A stretch of DNA of 64,000 nucleotides from the human T2T-CHM13v2.0 reference genome, Homo sapiens. Below, in pieces: positions 12,984-27,284 of the stretch. A model generated the notes under the pieces. It did no database searches and was not told where the DNA came from. It saw only the letters and a list, made by a program, of their open reading frames with translations. The stretch lies in NCBI RefSeq assembly GCF_009914755.1, contig NC_060937.1. The stretch is one strand, 5' to 3'. Position 1 is the stretch's first letter. Each line of letters starts with the position of its first letter. A program made the position numbers and the translations under genes.

Positions 12984-15900
12984 CAGTCAAGGCTTTTGAT
13001 GATGTCTTAAACATAGTTTTTAGTCTTATTTCTACTTCTCTGCACAATAGGACTCAAATTAATACCTGTATCAATGTATATCAAGGGCCTCAAAATGTAA
13101 GGATGAAGGTGACTATGCAGTTAATGATTGAACATTTAGTTTGGAAATACTACTTTAACTATTGGATGAAAGGTAGCATTAGTCTATTACAAGAAACAGC
13201 ATTTGCAAATCTTAAAAATAGATAATAATGTATGTTACCAAGTTAACCACCTACTCCATCATCAATAACTGCTTTTTAATTTTAGAGCTGAGCAGCAGAA
13301 ATTAGAATGTCTCAAAATGTCATATCTGCCATTCCTGAAGAGCAGTGTTCACAATGCTTCAGACTTCCTGTTTTAAGAAAGACATTTTCTTGCTTTAGTC
13401 CCTTTAATTACGAAAGGATAGTTATGAACTGCATTCTACCATACAGATGAGAGAATTAAAGATTATAACAACTGCAAATGATATGTTTAAAATTATTCTT
13501 AAAAAGATGGGAAGAAAATCTTCAAATATTTTCACTATTTGCTCTCCAGTCTTCCTAAGTGATAATAAATCCAGGGTTTGTTTCAATAATGATACTGAAC
13601 ATACACTGCTGACACAAATTATTTTTACCATAAATTATGCCAGTTACTACATACTCAGAATGTTTTGTGAGCTATTTGGGAACTAATAAAAATAAAGTAA
13701 TTCATCTAAAGCACACCAATTCTCATGGTGTTTTTAATAAACTCCATTTTTGATGGGATTCACTATCATTTAGGACACGTTTATACCCCATTCTTCTAGA
13801 AATTTCTTCAGTCAGTTGTTCTAATCATTAAGGTAGACTTTTTTCACATGAAACCCCAAATTTAAATTCCCTAAGCCCATTGGGTACTTGGGCAATATTA
13901 GTTTTAAAACACATTCTCTCTGCTGTAATTTTGTTTCTATCTGTGATACGTTTAGTTGATTTGTTCTTTTACAAAATTCCAGAGTTTCTTCTCCATTGTA
14001 CTGATTTCCTCCTTCCCCATCTCAAGCCGGTACATTTTTTCATTAACTTTATTTGTATGTCAATCAAGCTGTAATTTCTAAAACATAACATACATAAACA
14101 AGCCAAAGTTATTCCATTTTCTGGAAATAATGTTTTAATTAAGATTCAGGCATATGAAACTTCATTCTTCACAACTGTGGTAGTTATGGATTTGCCTGAG
14201 AACTGGTTACCATTGTAACCCGCTTATAGAAAACTAAGCCATAAAGCAATGCTTTTCTGCAGTTTGGGATTTCAATTCAGGTTTTCAGCATGATTACATT
14301 TATCTATATTTAAAGTACAAAAGAACCAACATGCTGGAAAGTAATTGCTCTGTTGCCATAGGGAAAGAGATTACAAAAACTGTGAGTTTAAGGGAGAAAC
14401 TGCCTGTGTAGTAATCCCTTTTATTATCTACTCTAAGCCATAAATGATTCTATCCCAAGCCTAATAAATAATTATGTCATGAACTGTAGGGTCAGAGGAC
14501 TTTAGCAAGATTGTTAAAAAGTCCAACTATCAAAAACTTTCCATATTTCTAAGGCCATATTTTCTCTTTTTAAAGTATCTATTTGACAGCCCAGAATGCA
14601 GGGCAGATGCTAATGCACACAGCAGGGGAGAATAATTACCAAAACCATTCATTTACTAGGTGATCTTTAAGGCCTCTTCTAACTTTAAAATTCTATGCCT
14701 ACGTCTAAATTAGAGAGTCATTTTCATTTGAATTGATAAAGCTAATCATACGTTTTAATTAAGATATTTTCCTTTCATTAAATGACTGTGTGTCAGATTA
14801 GGGAATTATGTTAATAGGGAACCAAATTTTGTCTGGAAAGCCAGGGTCATGCAGCAGGCAGAACTTAGACAAATGACTAAGATCTCTTGTAAAACAAGTT
14901 TGCCAGCAGAGCTTGAGCTAAAGCGTTTGTCAGTTGGGCAAGGGAATAGATAAATATATCGATATTGCTAATGGGAACACGAATTAGTGGAGGTAAACAT
15001 GGAGTCAACAGGTAAAGCTAACTTAGGTTTGGGGAAGAGGCGATTGTGAGTCTAATCCTACTTTTCTAATGGGTCACCCAGATTTTCCCCCATCAATTCC
15101 ACTTCCAAACCAAACTAGCTTATGCTTTATTTTTTCCAGGACTTTGAAAGTCCTAAAAAATCCACCAGCCATCTCAGTCATTTTTCATAATTATATACAG
15201 ACACAGTCTAAATAAAATGGACAAATTATAAATACATAATGAAAACTGGTTTAGGGATTAGCATAGGTTAAGATGGGTTAGAATCCCCTGTGAAGTGACT
15301 AGGTAGATGCTAATTATTTTAAAAACCGGGTGTCTTCTTTCTTGTTATTTTCTACTTCCAGGACCTCACCCTCCACACTGGGGCTGAGACAGTCCCAACA
15401 TTCAGGTATTTGGCCAGATAATAAATGAAAATAATCGGCTGCAATGAGAAAACAACGAATTTGATTTAATGACCGCTCTGTAATACCAACCCTCTCAAAT
15501 CTCATCTCTAACAGAAAACGCTTCAATGACCATTCCTTGCTAAGATGGCCTCTTTTATCTCTGCATCCCTGTTTTCTTCACTTTAGAGCACGTGCTGCCT
15601 CACAGCAGCTCTTAAATTGTTTCATTGCATGATTTGACAATTTCATGAAATATTTTAGAAATGTATGACCCTTTCCACCACCAAGACCACTACCTCCTTG
15701 AGGAAGTCGCCCATGAATTGTAAGATATTCACAATAGGATAACATAGGATCTAGCCAGGGGAGGGTTGTGTCCATCACATTCAATGTTATATCATCATAC
15801 AATGCACCCAATAAGTACTTGTTGAATAAAAGTTAGGGCAAGGAGTGGAGGACAGTACTCTTTCTGAATAAAGCAAATGAATACATATTTCCATTATTAA

Positions 15901-16269
15901 AAACAAGAAGCAAAGGAAAGTAGGTTTAGGGAAAAAATAGAAATGTTATTTTAAAAATATTAAATATGTGGTAGTCGCATAATGGTTAGGTGTTGATAAA
16001 CATATCACGCCTCACTAATGTGTAAGGTGTATTTCTTCCTTTAGGTGATTAGTTTCCCGAGGAAAGGAACCATGATTTGTATGTTTGTTACCACATAACC
16101 AGTATTAGGACAATGCCAGAAACACACCAGGTATTTGATGAATCTTGACTACAGTAAAAACTGAGTTAATTTAGTAAATTAATATTATATGTATCCCTCT
16201 GCTTATTAGTATTCCAAAATAATGCTTCATATGGTTAACAGAAATAGGAACATACAATGCTTTCTTTGT

Positions 16270-16510
16270 TTCAGTTACCATTAAAATATACTAAAGCACT
16301 TTAATGTATTAGATAATCAAATCCTTGAAACAACTCTAGGAAATACTTACTATCATTACCCACATCCTATATGTGAAGACAAAGAGGCACTGGGCAGGTT
16401 AAGTAAATTTCCCAAGGTCATCAGGCTTGGACAATTCTTGGGTTGATATTGGGGCTGGTGTCTGAATCTAAGCACTCACTCTCTATAGGCCATGCTGTTA
16501 CGCATTGTCT
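16270..16510 (-). mobile_element. MIR SINE
   Basis: aaagcactttaatgtattag...aatccttgaaacaactctagg...aggttaagtaaatttcccaaggtca. Confidence 0.7.
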
Positions 16511-16849
16511 TATTCTTCTCTGTTGCCTCCATAATGAAAATAATGCATTTACATGTATTTTGGCTAGCCCGTAAGCAAAACAATTGGCAAATGAAAAAAG
16601 AATTGAAGAGAAATTATGCCCATGTATATTCTGGAAAAAGGGAAAATGCGAGATAAAGAACTAAAATGGTAAAATCAAAATGCGTACAGAAACCTATTAG
16701 AAGTTGACACTGGGAAGAAGAGAAAAAGGGAAACAAAAATGTTTCTATTTTAAATAGCTCATGCTGGCAGCAATATAAATGTTCATTTTAAGGACATGGT
16801 GCTGCTGAGGAAACAACTTTAATTAGCAGGATATTTCCATTCCCCAGGA

Positions 16850-17460
16850 GAGAGCTTGAGGAAGTAAAGAATGAAATAAAAGGATGAGGCTGAGTGGGTA
16901 GCTTCAAAAGAAATTTAAAAACTAGAATTGGAGGGGCACAGTGATGGATAAGACTTGGAGAATGATAAAATATGAGGCGTAAGTGTAAATCTCAGGCTTC
17001 TGGCTTTGACAGCAAAGTGGATACAGGGCCCACGATCACAAAGCTGTAGGACAATCCAGATCACATACTGTTTTGTGTGATGATGAGTTGACTTTGGGAT
17101 GTTTCTAGGGTAAGATACCTATCTGTATCGCTAGCCTCTTTTCTGGAGCAGCATATATTTGCCTCCCTATCACTGCCACTAGTTTACGTCTCATGCCTCT
17201 CAATCTTAACACATGCAAAATTGGCTTCCTGAGCTCTCTCCGAACCTACTCCTCTTCCAGTGCTCCCAGATTTAGTAAAGGGCACCATCACCCACTTAGT
17301 GACCCAACCAGAATGTTGAGACTTTCTTAACTTCATCCTCTCCCTCATTTCACATCCACCCAATCACTAAGTCCTTCTGAATCTTCATTTTAGTACAATG
17401 GAATACATTCATTCTTTTCAATCCCCAATTCTAAAGCCTTACTATTTCTCACTAGATTTA
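16850..17460. mobile_element. Two oppositely oriented L2 fragments
   Basis: Purine-rich antisense L2 to ~17105, then pyrimidine-rich sense L2 (cctactcctcttccagtg...ggcaccatcaccc...caatcactaagtcc). Confidence 0.55.
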
Positions 17461-17642
17461 GTGCTATTGCTAGATGAGTAACTGAAAGAAAGGTGAGGAG
17501 GTAGAACTTGCTTTTCCCCTGTGTTAAAAAAAATCCTTGCTTATCCCCACTTTACAAATCAAATCTTTACTTACACTTAGAGCCCAACTAAAAATTGCTC
17601 CCACTGGGACACACTTTCTAGCTTCAAAATTAGAGCAATCAT

Positions 17643-18091
<449 letters not shown>

Positions 18092-20877
18092 TCATAAAGT
18101 GAATGAAAGAAGAGAGGTTAGCAAGATAACAACACCAAAAATACCCATTGGCTTTCATAACATAAAAATCATTGATGATTTTTGCAAGTCCGAGTTCACT
18201 GTGGCAGCTATATCAGGATGTATTAAGAGTAAATACAAGAAAAATAAATGCAATAGTTCAAATTTATTTCCAGGACTTGCTTCTGACATTAGTTGAGTTA
18301 AAAGAGGAAACTGTCACAATTGGTTAAAATGAAAGTACCCTTTACTCATTGACAGTTACCCACTGACTTAAATAATTGAGAGCTGGCATGCTTGCAACCT
18401 TGTTATCAATAGTATCAACAAGAAGTACTGCAGTAATACTTTATTAAATGTCTTTGAAAATGCCAAATACGCATCACAGATTTTATATTCTCAATTGTAG
18501 CAAAATAATAATTTTGTAAAATTATTACTTATAATCATAATTCACTTGAGAATTCTGAATTGATTTTCTATAGTCCAGAAAGCACAATGAAATCCTAAGG
18601 GCCAAACACAGACATAGGACAGTCATATTCATGGGCAAAGGTGGCAGGGCTTTTAACCCCAAGAAGACACAAAACAATCTTGACAGTCTCGCAGGTAGCC
18701 AATGCAGCAGAGAAGCTTCTGGAGGTTGAATTTGACCTGCTTTCCCCCTTAGAGCCTCATATTCAACTCGGCCCCCAGACTTCCCAGAGCTAATCTTGTC
18801 ACAGGACTCAAGAGAATAGCAAAAAGGTATAACTGATCTTTCTTTTCAGTTAAAATTTTTCCAAGGACAAAGAAAAGAGGCCTAAAAAGCAGCTCTTACA
18901 ATAAATATTGTCTTCCTTTATTTTTTAAAAAGTTTCTTTGTAGATCTTGTTCTTTCCCAAGTGAATTTTAACACACAACCATTGCCCTTATACTCCAACA
19001 AAATAGTTTTGAATATAGATTAGTAAAAGCCACTCAGAAATTTAAAATCTAAACAGAAGAGGGTAATTGAAAAAAAATAAAATGTGAACTCATTTTGAAT
19101 TTTTGTCCCTCTGGGGACCTGGACTAGATAGGTACTCCCTTATAATAAGTGGATCCTGTCATATGGGTGCCCTTTTACTCTATTAAAAATATTTTTGAAT
19201 TCTAGATTGAAATAATAAATTAAAGCATTTCAATTTTATTCAACATTCGCTATCATGAAGAAAGAATTAAAATGCAACAGGTTGCTAAGCTTATTGGAAT
19301 AGGCATAATAGCTTTACCCACTAAAGAGTCAATGGGGCTAAGATTTCTGCATAATGAATATCTTTAACAATTAAGCTGGTGAAAAATAAATGAATTAAGT
19401 GTTATCATTTAATAATACATAAATGTCACAATGAGGTTTCTAGTTCCTATTTCTAACCATTGAAATCTGGGGAGTGGGGGAGGAGAGGCCCTTGAAGTGA
19501 ATGAATTTAAAGTGGGTACTGTTCTGATGACTAGGGCAGTCAATATTCAAGTTTGTCTTTTTGTGTTACCAATTATCTTTATAATTTGTCTCATTGTTTT
19601 TATTTTAACACATGATCACAAATTACTACTTATTTTTCCTGAGTATATATTTATGGAGACTGACATCCTAGATTATTTAGAGGATTCAGCCATAAACAAT
19701 TGGGTTAGTTTGGTGGAAATTATGAGGATAATTCTGCTACCTGTAAGAATTCTCAACCTAAGAAACAGGCGCTACATGATTCTATTTGCATATCTATTGC
19801 ATCAAATAATTCTGGAGCCCAATTTGCTGACCTGTGGGTAAAAGGAGATCTTAGAAAAATTATTTAGAAAATTTTTGCTGGAATAAAGAAACTTTCTCCC
19901 CTATATGGTTTTAAAAGTTACTCTCTGTGTTCTTTAGATCTGGGACACCACAGTTCTGTTAAAGAAGATACACCCATCCAAAGGAAAAATTTTATTTTGA
20001 ACATAGATGTAAAATAGACATGAAAGTTATCCAGAACCAATAAGACTGTGTGTGCAGTTTTCTCCCTCTCAAGGGGTATCTGTTTGTGACTTTACACCTT
20101 TCTCTACCACCATCCCCCTGCTTAAAATTAATTCCTTTTCTGATTAATTTTGACTTTAAACATGTTCCATTGAGTACATTTTTATCCTAAGTCTTCTTTG
20201 TGACCATTCGTCTGATATTTTTATATAATTAACTTATTCTTTCAGCTTTCAGGTTTAATTAGTTTAAATTTCCTAAGAGTAATGTTTTTGTTTATCTTTT
20301 ATTTCAACAACACCTGGCCTGGCTCTGGATTCATTGCCTCTGAGTCAAGCACTTTTTCTGGATTCTTCATTATTAACCAAGAGGATGCAGGGCAATATAT
20401 AATAAAAAATACGGCCACCAAGAGAATTATGCATGAGAAAGTTAGAACTATTTATGGTAGGAATATGAGTAAACATATCTATCATAAGAAGAACACATGG
20501 ACTTATCAGATACTATCAGTTAAGAAGTTAAATTGCTAACATTTTTATTTGAATGAAACAAATGACAATAGTGAAGGAAAACACAAAATAATTTTGAATG
20601 AACAGTTTCTGTTATAATAGGGCTTTTTAAAAACTAAAATCAACTTAAATGCTGTAAAAAATTGCATTAAAAATGGAATATTTTTACGTGTGAAATTTTG
20701 AGGTGTAAATGGAGTTAAGTCCATTTCCCTCCATTATTATAAAGTAACGTTAATTTTACTAACGTGTTTTCAATACTTTATAATCATGGATGCTAAGATT
20801 ATTTTGGATGCAGATCAAATTAGGCACAAGCATTTAAATTTCTTTTTAAATTTCTCACATGATACTTAAGAAATACA

Positions 20878-21113
20878 CAATCATGCAGTGCTTAACAATA
20901 GGAATGAAGTCCAAGAAATGTGTTCTTAGATATTTCATTTTTGTGTGAACATCATAGAGTTTACTTACACAAACCTTGATGGGATAGCCTACTACGCACC
21001 TAGGCTATGTGGTATAGTCTATTGTTCCTAGGACACAAACCTGTATATATAGGCTATACCAAACCTATATATGGGCTTTTTCTAAACATAGAAAAAGTAT
21101 AATCTTATGGGAC

Positions 21114-21166
<53 letters not shown>

Positions 21167-21206
21167 TCTGTCATTGATTGAAAAGTCATTATGCTATGCA
21201 CGTCTA
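20878..21206 (+). mobile_element. Tigger3a/MER7A-type DNA transposon MITE
   Basis: gaacatcatagagtttacttacacaaaccttgatgggatagcctactacgcacctaggctat matches Tigger3. Both degenerate termini are present. Confidence 0.85.
21117..21164. repeat. (AT)24 perfect microsatellite
   Basis: 48 bp uninterrupted AT repeat inside the Tigger3a element. Confidence 0.97.
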
Positions 21207-24026
21207 TAATCCATATGTACTTGTGACTTTTCTATAACAGAGCATATTGTCAAGGAAAACTATACTAATTCTAGAATGCCTTTCTTTCAACGTATCTTTT
21301 AATTGCAGATCACTCCAATATGAATTTCAATTTGCATTTTGTTCTCATAAAGTTACTCCTTTATTTCTTCTAGGATGCTCAATTTTGAAATAAGATGTAC
21401 ACCTGTTAAACTGATGCATTTCTACCCTTCATTTGCTTGTTCTATTTTAATTTTATATGATAGTTCTCCATTTGATGAGAACAAATAACAATTGCTTTTT
21501 CCTAAATCAAGTTGCATATGCATTCAATTTGTCAGGTCTGAATTTAGACATATCGTTTCACATACTGTCTTCTATTACTCTAATTACCATGCTGCACATA
21601 TTTTTCCAAACTGGCATTTCAATATGCTTTACTTTTTTAAAAGCTGATATTCCTAAAATTACCATTTTCCTTCTCACTCTTTCCTTTCACCTTAACACTT
21701 TTCAGTAATGTTTTCTCAAAAAGGAACTTTCAAGCTCAAATAACTATAAAGGTAGGAAAGATGTTTTTAATTAATCATAAAGTGGTACTTAAAAGTTTGC
21801 ATCTCTAAATGTGAACATATATAGAGAGAGAAAAAATGAATTTAGCAGCTAAAAAAAGTTAAGAAGTAAATTGTTCTTATCAAAACATCTTTTAAATTAT
21901 TTTACACTGTAGTTTATTACAATTTAATTTAAAAATGTATGGTACTTCTGCAATATTAGTATGCCTTTTCTTGCCTCTAAGTTATTTTTTAATTATCTCT
22001 GGATATTTCAAGTAAAGTACAAATAAATTGGTGGATTATAAATAATATCTCAATATTTCATTTAATGATATCATTTTAAAATATAATAATTATTCATTCC
22101 CAAATTCACTGGATGAGAATAAAGTAGAATATTGGGGAGGGTAAAGTTAAGGAAGTAAAATAGACTACTTTCACAAATAAGATCTGTAATTTGAAATTTA
22201 AAAATTACTTTAATATATGAAAATTCTGACTTTAAAAATTGCTAACCTACTTCCAGTAAAGGTAGTTACCCACCATTGAAAGTCTTGCAGAATCCCTTTC
22301 AAATCTATAATTCAGCAATTATTTCCAAGAGCATGTTTCACAAAATGCATACAGAGTGCTTCCTGAAGTTGTATGTCATCCTTTGCAAGGACACTGATAA
22401 TCTTCTGAGTCATTCCAATTTTAGCGTATGTGCCACCAAAGCAAGCATGATTTTAAGATCTTTTTTTTTTTTTTTGGTCATATTAGTCTCAATGATCATT
22501 AGACAAATTTTTAAATATTCAAAATGTTTCTTATAAATTGAAAATGTATAAGTATATATATTTATGGGGTATAATGTGATGCTATGATTTATAAATATGT
22601 GAAATAATTAAATTAAACTAATTAGCCTACCCATAATGTCAAATGCTTACTATTTTTGTGTTGAGAACATTTGAAATTTATTATTTTAGCTATTTTTAAA
22701 TGGACAATACACTGTAATTAACTACATTCACCATGCTATGAAATTGATCTGAAGAAAAAAACCCTCATTCTTCCTTTCTAAGCTTTTGTACCCTTTGACC
22801 ATCATCTCCTTATTTCTCCACCTCTAGCTTCTGTAATTTATACTTTACTCTCAGCTTTTATGAATTCAATTGTTTTAGATTCCACATTGTGGTATTTATT
22901 TTTCTGTACCTGGATTATTTCACTTAGCATAATGTTCTCCAATTCCATCCATGTTGCAAATGATAACATTTCCTTCTTTTTTTAAGGCTGAAGAGTATTC
23001 TATTATGTGTATATACCAGGTTTTCTTTACCTACTTATCTGTTAATGGACGCTGAGGTTGGCTATTGTGAATATTGCTGCAAAGAACACGGGAGCGCAGA
23101 CATCTCTTCAACAAACTAATTTCAAATCTCTTATGTAAATATCCAGAAGTGGGATTGCTAAGTCACATGGTAGTTCTATTTTAAGTTTTTTGAGGAGCCT
23201 CTGTATAGTTTTCCATATGGCTGTACTAATTAATATTCTCATCCACAATATACAAGTGTACCTTGTTCTCTACATCCTCCAACACTAGTTAAGTTCCTCT
23301 TTTTGATAAGAACCATTTGGACAGGTGTGAGGTGATATTATGGTTTTAACTTGGATTTTCCTAATGATTATCTGTAATGATTAGTAATGTTGAGCATTTT
23401 TCATACATCTGTTGGCCATTTGTAAGTCTTTTAAAAAAAAAGTCTATTCAGGTCCCTTGCCCGTTTTTTAAATCAAGTTATTTGTTTTCTTGCTATTGAG
23501 TTGCTTGAGTTCCTTATATATTTTGGATATAAACCCTTTATCAGATGTGGGGCTTATAAATATTTTCTCTCAATCCACTGGTTGTCTCTGCACACTGTTA
23601 ATTCATTCCTTTGCTGTGCAGAAGTTTTTAGTTTGATGTAATCCCATTTGTCTATTTTTGTTTTGTTGCCTGTGCTTTTGGGGTCAAATCCAAAAAAATC
23701 ATTGCTCAGGCCAATGTCATATAGTTTTGCTAAACTGTCATGTGTGTTTTCTTCTAGTAGTTTTACAGTTTCTGCTCTTACATGTAAGTCCTTATTAAAT
23801 TTTGAGCAGATTTTTGTGCATAGTGTGAGATAAGGGTCCAATTTCATTTTTCTAAATGTAGATATCCAATTATCCCAGCAACACTTTTTGAAGAGACTGT
23901 CCTGTTCTTATTGTATGTTGTTGGCTGCTTTGTCAAAAATCATTTCTGGGCTCTCTATTCTGCTGGTTTATGTGTCATTTTTATTACAGTACCATGCAGT
24001 TTTAATTACATTAGTTTTGTAGTACA

Positions 24027-24383
24027 CAGACATACCTTGGATATATTGCAGGTTTGGATCCAGATCACAGCATCAAAGCAAATATCACAGTAGGAAAGGC
24101 AAATGAATTTCTTGGTTTCTGAGTGCCTATAAAAGTTATATTTAAACTATAATCTCTTAAGCATGCAACAGCATTATGTCTTTAAAAAAGTACAATACAA
24201 AAAATACTTTATTGCTAAAAAATGCAGACACAGAGACTTGAAATGAGCACATGTTGTTGGAAAAATGGTGTTGATAGACTTGATCAATGCAATGTTGCCA
24301 CAAACCTTCAATCTGTAAAAAATGCAATATCTGCAAAGTGCAATAAAGTGAAGTATAAAAAACAAACAAACAAGTTATGTCTG
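24027..24383. mobile_element. Tigger1 internal-deletion derivative nested in the L1MA
   Basis: Terminal inverted repeats cagacatacctt / aagttatgtctg followed by TA. Both Tigger1 subterminal regions are present (atatattgcaggtttgg...; gagcacatgttgttggaaaaatgg...ccacaaaccttcaat). L1 text resumes after it. Confidence 0.88.
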
Positions 24384-26667
24384 TAGCTTGAAATCAGATA
24401 GTGTGACATCTTTAGCTTTGTTCTTTTTGTTCACGACTACCTTGGCTATTCATGGATTTTGTGGTTCTATACATATTTTAGGATTCCTTTTTCTATTTAT
24501 ATGAAGAAAAATGAAATTTAGGGATTGCATTGACACTATGCTCTATGGACTGCTTTGAGTAGTATGGACATTTTCACAATATTACTTCTCCCGGTACATG
24601 AACACAGGTTATTTTTTCTTTTATTTATGCTCTTTTCAGTTTATTCTATTAGTTTTTATAGGTTTAAGTTTACTTGTTTTTTACCTTCTTGGTTAAATCT
24701 ATTCCTAAATATTTAGTTTTTTGAAATTATTACATGTGGAATTTTTTTGAATTGTTCATTATTAGAGTATAGAAACACGACTGATTTCGGAGTGTCAATT
24801 TGTATCTTGTAACTTCATTGCATTCATTTATTAGTTCTAACAGGGTTTTTTGGTAAAGTCTAGGATTTTCTATATATATGACGATGTTGACAGTAAACAG
24901 CAACACTTTCACTTCTTTTTTTTTCCTAGTTGAATGCTTTTTATTTATTTCTCTTGCTAATTACTCTGGCAAGAACTTTCACTACTACATTGAAGAGAAG
25001 CAATAGGTGTCCTTTTTGAATTAAGAAAAGGAAAATAAGTACCTGTTTCTTAATTCAGAACTTAGAGAAAAGGCTTTTAATTTTTCACCATTCAGTATAA
25101 TATTAGCTGTGGGCTTTTCATATATGGTATTTATTGTGTTGAAGCATATTCCTTTTCTAGCTAATTTGATGAGAGTTTTTATTATAAAAGGATGTTGAAT
25201 TTTATCAAATGCTTTTTCTGTATCTAATGAAATTATCATATGGCTTTTGTTCTTCATTCTGTTAATATGATGTATCATATTTATTGATTTTTGTATGTTG
25301 AATGATTTTTGCATCCCAGGGATAAATCAAACTTGATTATGGTGCATAAATCCTTTTAAAATGTTGTTGGATTTGCTTTGTTAGTACTTTGTTGAGGATC
25401 ATCGAGGCTATTGGCCTGTAATTTTCTTTTCTTGTGGTGTCCTTGTCTGGCTTTGATATCCAAGTAATGTTGGCTTCCTAAAAATTGTGTAGAATTATTC
25501 CCTCCTCTTCTATTTTTTGGAATAGTTTGAGGAGAATTGGTATTAGTGCTTCCTTAAATGTTTGGTAGAATTCAGCAGTGAAACCATATGGTCCTGGGCT
25601 TTTCTTTAATTGGAAACTATTTATTACTGATTGAATTTCCCCATTCATTATTGGTCTGTTCAAATGTTCTCTTTCTTCATGCTTCAGTCTTGGTAGGTTG
25701 TCCCTGTTTAGGAATTCATCCATTTCTTCTAGGTTATCTAATTTACTGACATGTAGTTATTCATAGTAATATTTTATTACCCTTTGTATTTCTATAGTAT
25801 CAATTGTAAGGTCTACTCTTTCATTTTTAATTTTCTTTTCTTCTCCCTTTTTTCCCTAATCTAGCCAATGGTTTGTCAACTTTATCTTTTGAAAAATTCA
25901 ATTCCGTTTCATTGATCTTTTCACCTTTTTTTGGTCTCTATTTTACTTATTTATGATCTGATCTTTGTAACTTCCTTCTGCTAACTTTGGGCTTAGTTTG
26001 TTCTTTTTCTAGTTCCTCAAGGAGTAACTGTAAGTTGCTTGAGATTTTTATTCCCTTTTGATGTAGGTATTAACTGCTAAAAACTTCCCTCTCAGACCCA
26101 CTTTTGCTGTGTCCCATAAGTTTGGGTATAATGTGTTTTTATTTTCATTTGTCTTAAAATATATGTAAATTTCCCTTTTGACTTCTTCATTGACCCATTT
26201 GTTGTTCAAGAGTATATTGTCTGATTTCCATGTATTTGTGAATTTTCCAAAATTCCTTCTGTTATTGATTTCCAGTTTTCTACCATTGTGGTCAGAAAAA
26301 ATACTTTACACAATTTCAGCCTTTTAAAATTTGTTAATAGTTGTTTTGTGCTCTAACATATAATCTGTCCTGGAGAATGTTTCATGTATGTTGGAGAAGA
26401 CTGTGTATTCTGTTGCTGTTGAATAAAATGTTCTGTATATGTCCATTATCACTTGATGAAAAGTGTTCAAGTCCAGTGTTTTCTTATTAGTTTTCTGTCT
26501 TGATGATCTATCCATTATTAAAAGTGGAGTATTAAAGTTCCCTGCTACGATTATATTGCAATCTATTTCTCCTTCAGATCCTTTAATATTTATTTCATAT
26601 ATTTAGCTGCCCCCAATGTTGAGTGCACATATATTTACTGCTTTATCATTATATAGTGTTCTTGTCT

Positions 26668-26971
26668 TTTTTTTTTTTTTTTTTTTTGAGACCGAGTCTC
26701 ACTCTGTTGTCCAGGCGCTGGAGTGCAGTGGCATGATCTCATCTCTCTGCAAACTCTGCCTCCCGGGTTCATGCCGTTCTCCTGTCTCAGCCTCCTGAGT
26801 AGCTGGGACTAGAGGCACCTGCCACCACGCCCGGCTAACTTTTTGTATTTTTAGTAGAGATGGGGTTTCACTGTGTTAGCCATGATGGTCTCGATCTCCT
26901 GACCTCGTGATCCCCCTTGCCTCAGCCTCCCAAAGTGCTGGGATTACAGGTATGAGCCACCGCGCCCAGCC
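26668..26971 (-). mobile_element. Alu SINE, AluY, nested in the L1MA
   Basis: Y diagnostics (gtgttagcca.gatggtctcgatctcctgacctcgtgatc; gggttcatgccgttct). Perfect 16 bp TSD tatagtgttcttgtct at 26652-26667 and 26972-26987. Confidence 0.95.
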
Positions 26972-27284
26972 TATAGTGTTCTTGTCTCTTTTTACAATTT
27001 TTGACTTAATGACTATTTTGTCTGATGTAAGTATAGCTACTTCTGCCCTCTTTTGGTTTACATTTGCATGGAGCATCTTTTCCATCCCTTCACTTTCAGT
27101 CTCTGTGTGTCCTTAAAAGTGAGATGAGTTTCTTGTAGGCAGCATATAGCTGAGTCTTATTGTTCATTTATTACATCTCTTCATTAGATAATTTTATAAT
27201 GGGATATTATATATATGGTTTCATAGACAATAATACTATCATTTATATAAATATTGACATGATAATTATTTATATTGATATTTA

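Larger units (their letters stand above)
22530..27170 (-). mobile_element. L1MA-family LINE-1, 5'-truncated, 3' UTR through ORF2 endonuclease
   Basis: Antisense ORF2 fragments in the ORF track: [69 protein letters not shown]1MA-type 3' end at ~22535-22930. Confidence 0.93.

Noticed and set aside
15314-15811. Minus-strand ORFs with LSGQIP (LRR-like) and a Gly-rich GGSGLGGGKG stretch
   Set aside because: Isolated short motifs, non-ATG starts and no repeat periodicity
19497-19841. 114-aa hydrophobic ORF
   Set aside because: GTG start, composition explained by T-rich DNA, no recognisable domain or splice context
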